Source of the DNA: Acaryochloris marina MBIC11017 | GTDB taxonomy: Bacteria > Cyanobacteriota > Cyanobacteriia > Thermosynechococcales > Thermosynechococcaceae | Direction: 5' to 3' | NCBI RefSeq assembly: GCF_000018105.1 | Contig: NC_009925.1 | Coordinates: 1,140,001-1,172,000, forward strand | DNA length: 32,000 nt | Shown here: one piece after another, positions 18,313 through 29,833 of the stretch | Layout of the letters: every line of letters begins with the position of its first letter | Numbering within the stretch: the first letter of the stretch is position 1 | Notes under the pieces: generated by a model | Told to the model about the DNA's origin: nothing | Database searches by the model: none | What the model saw: the letters and a program-made list of their open reading frames with translations, nothing else | Made by a program: the position numbers and the translations under genes

Positions 18313-18350
18313 GATTTCAGATTTGAACTCCCTGATCTGAAATCTTTTTC
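18313..18350 (+). terminator. Putative intrinsic terminator between the two giant kinase genes
   Basis: Perfect 10-bp inverted repeat GATTTCAGAT (18313..18322) / ATCTGAAATC (18335..18344) with a 12-nt loop, followed by TTTTTCTTGTGTTT. It lies 46 nt after the upstream stop. The stem has only 3 G:C pairs, so stability is moderate. Confidence 0.5.
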
Positions 18351-18420
18351 TTGTGTTTATCCCCCTGTTACCAACCCACAATACTTATCATCTGTTGCTG
18401 AGACTAAGGCTTAGCAGAAT

Positions 18421-21400
18421 ATGGCACCTTCTATCGATGTTTCCTTGCCAGTTATTCCGGGTTATACCCTCTCGGAACAGCTCCATGAAGGACGTCACTC
18501 TGCTGTCTATCGAGCTTTTTCTGTTCCAGAACAGCAATCGGTGATTCTCAAAATCTTGCGTTCTCAGTATCCCCACTTTCGGGAGCTGGTTAAGTTTCGC
18601 AATCAGTTTACCCTAACGCAAAATCTCGATATCCCAGGGGTGGTCAAACCACTTTGTCTAAGGCCCTGGAACAGCAGCTATGTTCTGGTGATGGCGGATC
18701 ATCATGCCTTTTCTCTTCACCACTACTGCCGCCATCAATCCCTTGACTGGCCTGAGGTCTTGGAGCTGGCTCTCCAACTAGCAGACATTCTTCACCATCT
18801 CAACCAATCCCACATTATTCATAAGGATATTAAACCAGCCAATATTCTGATTCATTCCCAATCTATGGAAGTCTGGCTGATCGATTTCAGTATTGCATCG
18901 TTATTACCAAAGGAACGACAGGTTCTCCAAAGTCCAGGGAATTTGGAAGGGACCCTGGCCTATCTGGCCCCCGAACAGACCGGACGCATGAACCGAGGGA
19001 TCGACTACCGAACCGATTTTTATGGATTGGGGGTGACGCTCTATGAGTTACTGACTGGCAGGCTTCCCTTTTCTACAGATGACTGGATGGAATTGGTTCA
19101 TTGCCATCTAGCGAAGCCGCCACAGCCGCCCCACGAGGTGAATCCCCAGATTCCCCTGCCGGTCTCCCAAATGGTGTTAAAGTTAATGGCCAAGAATGCG
19201 GAAGACCGCTATCAAAGTGCGTTGGGGCTAAAGCATGATCTACAACGGTGTTTAGAGCTGAGGCACGGCCAGAACAGCGATCAAACCTTTGAATTGGGAT
19301 TGCGAGATGTTTGCGATCGCTTCTTGATACCCGAAAAACTCTATGGCCGTGAACCGGAAGTCCAAAAATTGATCGATGCCTTTGAGCGAGTGGTCCAGGG
19401 GCATTCAGAGCTAGTGCTGGTGGCTGGATTCTCGGGAATTGGCAAAACGGCAGTGATCCATGAAGTGCATAAGCCCATTACCCAAAAGAAGGGCTACTTT
19501 ATCAAGGGGAAGTTTGACCAGTTCAACCGCAACATCCCCTTTTCGGCCTTTGTCCAAGCCTTTCGCGGCTTAATGGCCCAGCTCCTAGGTGAATCGGACG
19601 ATCGCTTAGCCCATAGGAAAACCCAAATTCTAGAGGCCGTGGGGGAGAGTGGTCAGGTCCTACTAGAGGTGATTCCTGAACTGGAGCATATTATTGGTGA
19701 GCAGCCCGCCGTCCCAGAATTATCTGGTCTCTCTGCCCAAAATCGATTTAATCGATTATTTAGCCAATTCGTCCAGGTCTTTACCACGCCAGAACATCCC
19801 TTAGTTATCTTTTTGGATGATCTGCAGTGGGTCGATTCGGCTTCCTTGGGTCTGCTTAAATTGCTAATGGTCGAAGCCCAGGCAGGCCACCTGCTTGTCC
19901 TCGGTGCTTATCGAGATAATGAGGTATTCCCGGCTCATCAGTTGATGCTGACGGTAGATGACCTAAAGAAGCAACATGCCGCAATCCACACCGTTACCTT
20001 GCCCCCCCTTGGGCAGCTCCATGTCAATCAACTGGTTGCGGATACCCTGCTTTGTGAACCGGAAGTAGCAGTCCCCTTATCTCAGCTGGTGTACCAAAAG
20101 ACCCAGGGCAATCCCTTTTTTATGACCCAATTCTTGCTGGGGTTGCAGAGTGATGGTCATCTTACGTTTAACCGTGATCTGGGATATTGGCAGTGTGATT
20201 TAGTCCAGGTGCAACAACTGGCACTGACGGATGATGTCGTGGCGTTTATGGAAGAGCGACTCCAAAAGCTCCCCACTCCCACCCAAGATGTTTTAAAGCT
20301 GGCAGCCTGTATTGGTAACCTGTTTGACTTGGCTACTTTGTCACTGGTTTGCGATCGCAAACCTCAAACCGTCGCTTCAGATCTTTGGCCAGCCCTACAG
20401 GCAGGTCTCGTTATTCCTGAAAGTGCTTTATACAAGTTTTTCCAGGGTGAGAATCGAGACCTCACCGATATGGCAGCCGTAACCACCTCCTACCGCTTTT
20501 TGCACGATCGGGTGCAGCAAGCCGCCTATGCTTTAATTCCAGAGGCGCAAAAGCAAGCCACCCATGTCAATATTGGCCGGTCGCTGATCAGCCAACTCTC
20601 CCCCACAGAAATCGAAGAGCGACTCTTTGATATCGTCAATCACTGGAATATCGGCATTGCTGTCCTCACCAATCCTGTTGAACAAGAGCAGCTTTGCCAG
20701 CTCAACCTCAGAGCAGGAGAAAAAGCAAAAGGGGCGATTGCCTATGATATGGCTCAGCATTATGCGGAAAAAGCGGTTGAGTTCCTCCATCCCCAGAGTT
20801 GGCAAACGGATTATGCTCAGACCCTAGCCATCCAGAACTTGTCCGCAGAAGCAGCCTATCTTAATGGCGATTTTGCCCAAGTAACCCATTGGACTGAGCG
20901 GATATTACAACATGCCCAACAGCTGGATCAAACGAAAGCCTATGAAATCAAGATTCTGGCAACGGTTGCCCAAAAACAGTTTTTAGAGGCCATTGAATTA
21001 GGTCGACAGGTTCTGAAATCGTTAGATGTCGATATTCCTCACGAGCCTGATGCCCATGAAATTCAACAGGCCCTTGACGCTACGGCTGAGCTAGTTCCTC
21101 AAGCCCAAATTCAGTCTCTGGTGGATTTGCCAGTGATGACTGATCCGATGTCCCTGGCTGCCCTGCGCATTCTCAATAGCATTGCGGTCAGCGTTTACCT
21201 GGCTCAACCTCAGCTTTTTCCCCTGATTGTCCTTGCCCAGGTCAATCTGTCGATCTTGCATGGCAATGCCCCTATTTCAGCGGGAGCTTACGCTCGCTAC
21301 AGTTTAGTGCTCTGCGGCAAGGTCAATGATATTGAAGCGGGCTACGCCTTTGGTCAATTAGCCTTAACCCTTTCAGATCGGTTTGGCAACCGAGAGATTA

Positions 21401-24400
21401 ACGCCCGTGTCCTCTTGATGGTGGGGGCGTTAACGTTGCCCTGGCAGGAGCACTTGAATACGGCCATCCCTCTTCTTCAGCAGGGCTACATCGATGGCCT
21501 GGAATCTGGAAGTTTAGAAGCGGCGGCCCTGAGTCATTACTACGAAAGTCAATCTGCATATCTAGTGGGTCAAGAACTCGGGGCCTTTGAGCAACAAGCT
21601 CGGTTCTACAGCGAGCATATTCGTCAAATTAAGCAGGCGGTCCACCTCCAGAACAACGAACTTTTCCGTCAAGTTGCCTTGAACTTGAGAGGTGAAGGGG
21701 ACGATCCTTGTGCCTTAAAGGGAGAGGCCTTTGATGAAGCAGTGATGCTGCCACAGTATCAAGCCACCAATAATCTATTAGGACTGTTTTGCTTCCATCT
21801 GCACAAACTAATGCTGTGCTATTGGTTTAACCAACCGGAGCAAGCTATCGCCCATGCCCAGCAGGCAGTGGACTATTTATCTGGGGTAACGGCTCAGGCA
21901 ACCGTACCGGTCTTCTACTTTTATGATTCATTGACAAGGTTGTCTGATTCAGTCCCTGATATCGATTCGGCGACCTTGGAACGGTCAGAGGCCAGCTTAG
22001 ATTTAGAAGTCGTTCATAAGAATCGTGCCAAGTTAGCGCATTGGGCACAATTTTGTCCAGAGAACTTCCAGCACAAACTGGACTTAGTTGATGCCGAGTA
22101 TTACGCTCGCATGGGGCAAAAGCTGGAAGCGATAGAACATTATGACCGCGCTATTCAAGGGGCAAAGGAAAATCAGTATATTCAGGAAGAAGCCCTCGCG
22201 AATGAACGGGCTGGAAAGTTTTACCTGAATTGGGGGAAAGGGCAGGCCGCTGTCGGTTACCTGCAGGCAGCCTACTACTGCTATGCCCATTGGGGAGCCA
22301 CCGCTAAAACCGATGACTTGGAATGGTGTTATCCCGACCTACTCCAACCGATTCTCCAACAGGCCCATCAAGCCTCTATCTCCTTGGGCACCTTAAACAA
22401 TATTGCACCGCTGACGCTGTCCATTCATTCGTCCACCAGTACGTCTGAACCGTCCAACCAAGGCGTTAATCAAACTCTGGATCTAGCTGCCATTTTGAAA
22501 GCTGGTCAAGCCCTGTCTATCAGCCTTGATCTGGATGAGCTGCTAGACAAGCTGGCGGGGATAGTGCTACGGACGTCTGGCGCAGATAGATTAAATCTTC
22601 TGCTACCGGAAGAGGATGGTTCTTGGCAAATCAGAGTCAACGCTACGCCTGAGACTACACAACTGGATGCTACGCCTCTGGTTGCCCCTGCTAACCTACC
22701 GATTCAACTGATCCAATACGTCAAACATACCCAGGAAGTTCTGTGTATTGATGGCTTGGAAGCAGAATTGCCCATCGTTGATCCGTACCTGCAAGAGCAT
22801 CAACCTCGGAGTGTCCTTTGTCTCCCTCTTTTGCACCAAGGAAATCTCAGCGGGCTACTGTATCTAGAAAATCAAGCAACGGCTGGTGTATTTACTTGCG
22901 ATCGCATCACCATCCTTAACTTCCTCTGTTCCCAAGCTGCGATTTCCTTAGAGAATGCCAAACTCTATGAATCTGCCAAGCTCAAATCATCCATCATCGA
23001 ATCAGCGATTGATGGCATGGCAATATTAGAAGATGGTAAATACATTTATCTCAACGAAGTCCATGCCACGCTGTTTGGCTATGAACGAGATGAGTTGGTG
23101 GGACAAAGTTGCGAAATTCTATACTCTCCAATAGAACTTCAGCGCCTGCACGAATTAGCATTTCCGATAGTCGCAAAGACGGGGCAATGGTCTGGAGAGG
23201 CGACCGCCACTCGCAAAGATGGCAGTTCTTTCCCAATAGACGTGAGTCTATTTTTACTAGAAGATGGCAAACTCATTTGCATCTGTCGAGATATTAGTGA
23301 TCGCAAGGCTGCAGAAATACAGCTCAGGCAACAAGAGAACCAGTATCGACAAGTCTTTGAAAGTATTGTTGATGGCTTGAACATCGTTGATTTAGAAACA
23401 GGTCAACTGGTCAAAGTTAACCCTGCTTACAGTCAAATGATGGGCTATTCTTCTTTAGAAGAATGTTTAAGAGCGCCAATCAGCCACAATATCCATCCAG
23501 ACTCTTTATACCTATTGGATGATTGTCTCAATGCAGTTCGGAATGGGCAGGAGTTTAGTTGCCAAGCTCAGAATCTTCATCAAGATGGGACCGTTATTGA
23601 TGTTGAAGTGAGCGCCATTCCCTATCCGTATAGGGGGAAGATCCATGCTTTAGCAATTGTGCGGGATATTAGCGATCGCAAACGGCTGGAAAAGGAACAA
23701 GCCCAATTGTATGAGTCCCTCGCGCTCAAGTCTTCTGCCATAGAGGCGTCTGATGCGGGTATCGCGATTTTAAAGGATGGACACTATATCTATCTCAACG
23801 CCAGCCATCTTTCGTTATTAGGGTATGAAGAACATGAGCTGATGGGGGCCAGTTGGGAAATTCTCTACGAGCCTGAAGAAGTTGAACGATTCAGTCAACA
23901 AATATTCCCTCAACTAGCAAAAGAGGGGCGCTGGTTTGGAGAAGCAACGGCTCGAAGAAAAGATGGGAGCTATTTTCCCCAAGAGGTGAGTTTGTCTGCC
24001 TTGGAAGACCATAAGTTGATTTGTATTTGCCGAGATATTAGCGAACGCAAACGGCTCGAGGCCAAACAACAACGGCAGCTTGATATTTTGGCCAGCACAT
24101 CAGATTTTATTGGCACAGCCGACCCCAACGGCAACATCCTATACCTCAATGAGGCTTGGCAACAGCTGTTACAGAGAGAGCAAGGTGAACCAGCCCATCG
24201 CGTACAAATTTCTGAACAGCACCCAGCCTGGGCTTTAGAGATTATTGTTCATGAGGCTTTACCCGTAGCAGCACAAAAAGGCATGTGGTGTGGAGAAACG
24301 GCATTACTGGATGGCGATGGGAATGAAGTCCCCGTGTCTCAAGTGGTGATTGCACACAAATCTAGCAATGGTGGGGTGAAGTATTTCTCCACGATCGTCC

Positions 24401-27400
24401 GTGATATTAGCGAACGCAAACAACTAGAACAGGAGCAAGCCCGACTGACTGCTGTGTTAGAAGCGACCCCTGACTATATTGGGATAGCCAGTACCACAGG
24501 AGAGATCTTATGGCACAACAGGCAGCTTAGAGCCCTCCGTTCAGATCTGGAGCAACATCAGGATCATCGCTCCATTGCAGATTGTCATCCCGATTGGGTT
24601 AACCAAATTATTGTGGAAGAGGCCTTACCTGCTGCAATTGAATATGGCAGTTGGACGGGAGAATTGGCACTTCTTGAGGGTAATGGCGATGAAATCCCCG
24701 TTTCGCAAGTCATTATTGCCCATAAAGCAGCAGATGGAACTGTAGAAAACTTTTCAACGATCATGCGAGATATGCGCGATCGTAGATCCGCAGAACAAGC
24801 CTTGGCAGAAAGTCAGGCCCAATTTCGACGCATGACTGAAAATGTACCAGGGATGATCTTTCGCTATGTTTCACATCCTGATGGTAGTAAAGAAATGACC
24901 TATGTTAGTTCACAGGTTCGCGAGATTTATGAACTTGAACCCGAGACAGTTCTCCAAGATTTTGCTTGTCTGTGGGAGAGAACCCATCCCGAGGATATTG
25001 CATGGTTAGAAGCAACAGCTAAAGTCTGTGCCAAGACTTTGCAACCATTCAAGACTGAAAATCGCCTGATCCTCCCTCAGAAGGGGCTGCGATGGGTACA
25101 AGCATCTGCTCTGCCAAAACGATTAGAGAATGGTGATATCGTTTGGGATGGCGTTGTGCTGGATATTAATGATCGCAAAGCGGCAGAAGCGAATCTTCGA
25201 GCCAGCGAGCAGCGGTTCCGACGCGCCATTGAAGATGCGCCTTTCCCGATTATGATTCACGCAGAAGATGGAGAGATTCTGCAGATTAGCTCCACATGGA
25301 CCGAGTTAACCGGCTATACCCTCGCCGACATCCCCACAACAACGGACTGGGCCCAGCGAGCCTATGGAGCAGATGCTCCCCGAATCCTTAAAGAAGTAAT
25401 GGCACAAAAATACAGCCGAACTACACGTTGGGATGAAGGAGAGTTTGCCATTCGCAAACAGGATGGCGACTACTGTTTTTGGCAGTTTAGCTCTGCCCCC
25501 CTGGGAACCTTACCCGATGGACGTCGCCTAGTCGTCTCCATGGCAGTTGATGTCACTCAACGACGCCAAGCTGAAAATGACCTGGAACAGGCCAATCAAC
25601 AATTGGAAGAGTATTCTCAAACCCTCAAACAAAAAGTTGAAGCGCGAACCATTGCCCTACAGGCCGCCAAAGAGCAGGTCGAAAAAGCCAATGAGTATGA
25701 ACAGGCACTCAATCGGATCACCAAAGAGATTCGCCAAAGCCTCAACCTCCATGACATTTTTGCAACCACAACCCAAGCCGTCAGACCCATTCTGGGGTGC
25801 GAACGGGTAACGGTCTATCAATTTGATGCGGAGTGGGGCGGTAAATTTGTATTCGAATCGAAACACGATTCTCTTGAACCGCTAGTGTTTAGTTCACGTC
25901 AAGCCGAGTGGAATGATTCCTTTTTGGTCAACGAAGAGGGGAATCCCTGTGTATTTAACACCACTTATCAGGTTGATGATATCTCCGAGAAAGAACTGTC
26001 CCCCTGTCACCTTGAGGTTCTGGAACGCTTTAATATCAGGGCCTACCTGGTGGTCCCGATTTATGTCGGCAAGAAGCTCTGGGGGTTACTGGCGGCCTAC
26101 AATCATTCCCAACCCCGAGCATGGCAGCCCGGTGAGGTCAGGCTATTTGAACAGGTCTGCAGTCATTTAGGCGTTGCCCTCAAGCAAGCTGAGTTGCTAT
26201 CAGCCATGGCTGAATCCAAAGAAAAAGCCGATGCGGCGAACGAAGCCAAAAGCCTTTTTCTCGCCAATATGAGTCACGAACTTCGCACGCCCCTTAATGG
26301 CATCCTGGGCTATGCCCAAATCCTGCGCCGCTCAGAATCCCTATCGAATAAAGAACTGGAAGGGGTTGACACTATCTATCAGTGTGGTTCCCACCTGCTC
26401 AACTTGATTAATGACATTCTGGATATTTCTAAAATTGAGGCGCTCAAACTTGAGCTGACCCCTAAAGCAGCCAATCTGCCTTACCTCTTACAGACTGTCG
26501 TCGAAATGTGCAAGGTTAAAGCCGATCAAAAGGGAATTCAATTTAACTATCAACCCAGTTCACAGCTTCCTCAGCAGGTTGAGGTGGATGACAAGCGCTT
26601 GCAACAGGTTCTGCTCAATCTATTGGGGAATGCTGTCAAATTTACGGATCATGGCTCGGTTACCTTTATCGTCGATGTCTCCCCCCTTTCGGAGCAACAG
26701 GTTTCCATCTCTTTCCGGGTCATCGATACAGGGGTAGGCATTGCTGAACAGGATTTAGTAAAACTTTTCCAGTCCTTCAAACAGGTCGGTGATCAACATA
26801 AACAAGCTGAAGGGACGGGCTTGGGACTGGCCATTAGTCAGCGCATTGTCCGGCTGATGGGCAGTGAAATTCATGTCACCAGTCAGCCTCAACAAGGCAG
26901 TGAATTTTCCTTTACGATTAATCTTCCCCTAGCGGAGCAGAGGCTAGCTCAGCAGCAGAGTAATCCTGTGATTGTCGATTACCAAGGAAAACGACGACAA
27001 GTGTTGGTCGTCGATGATCGATGGGAAAATCGGGTCGTTCTGTCGACGTTGTTAGAATTGGTGGGCTTCACTGTCCTTGAGGCAGAGCAGGGACAGGCTG
27101 GACTCGACATTCTGAACCAGGGAACCCCCGATCTAGTCATTACTGATCTGATCATGCCAGGCATAGATGGTTATGAATTTTTAGCTGCAGTTCGCCAGGC
27201 TGAACCCATCAAAACGTTAAAGATGATTGCGACGTCGGCAACGATTAACCTAAATGTACAGAAGAGAGCATTTAAGGCGGGTTGTGATGCTTTTCTGCCA
27301 AAGCCCATTGATGTACAGAATTTGTATAACACGATTGCTGAACTGCTTCAGTTGGAGTGGATTTATGAAGCCTTACCCGAGGGACAAACACCTGAACCGA

Positions 27401-27642
27401 CTGGATTGATAACTCCGAGTGCTGATATCATTGTGCCGCCCCCGGAGAAGCTGACTGTTTTGCTGGAATATGCTGCCAGTGGTATTGTCAAAGACTTGCG
27501 CGAGCAACTCGATCAGCTGGTTGCAACTGACACCCGGTATGCCGCCTTTGCCCAACCGCTTATGAGGCTATCCAAACAATTCAAGATTGAAGAGATCGAA
27601 GGGATACTTACAGATTATTTAGGTCAAGCAGACTCCAATTGA
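18421..27642 (+). CDS. Giant hybrid multi-kinase paralog: Ser/Thr kinase - AAA/STAND ATPase - helical repeat region - GAF - about 7 PAS - second phytochrome/CBCR-like GAF - histidine kinase - receiver - tail, 3073 aa
   Basis: Uninterrupted 9.2-kb ORF, colinear with 9781..18267 at both ends. Motifs with coordinates: [10 protein letters not shown] from 18820, DFS instead of DFG at 18883..18891, Walker A 19426..19449, GAF1 (~22480..22970), extra GAF (~25696..26200, Cys-His at 26005..26010), H-box His 26275..26277, [13 protein letters not shown], and receiver Asp 27145..27147. Confidence 0.92.
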   Translation: [3073 protein letters not shown]

Positions 27643-27698
27643 TACATTACCCACAGAGCCATCTGGGATTTGAGGATAAGCCTGTTCTGTCTCAATTT

Positions 27699-29789
<2,091 letters not shown>

Positions 29790-29833
29790 CTAGGGTATAT
29801 CCCACTCTGGTTTAGAGCTAAAAAAATGAACAA

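Noticed and set aside
27436-27639. The C-terminal tail after the receiver domain as a histidine phosphotransfer (HPt) domain.
   Set aside because: No His is conserved between the two paralogous tails, and paralog 2 has none in the aligned core. I report it as an uncharacterised module instead.
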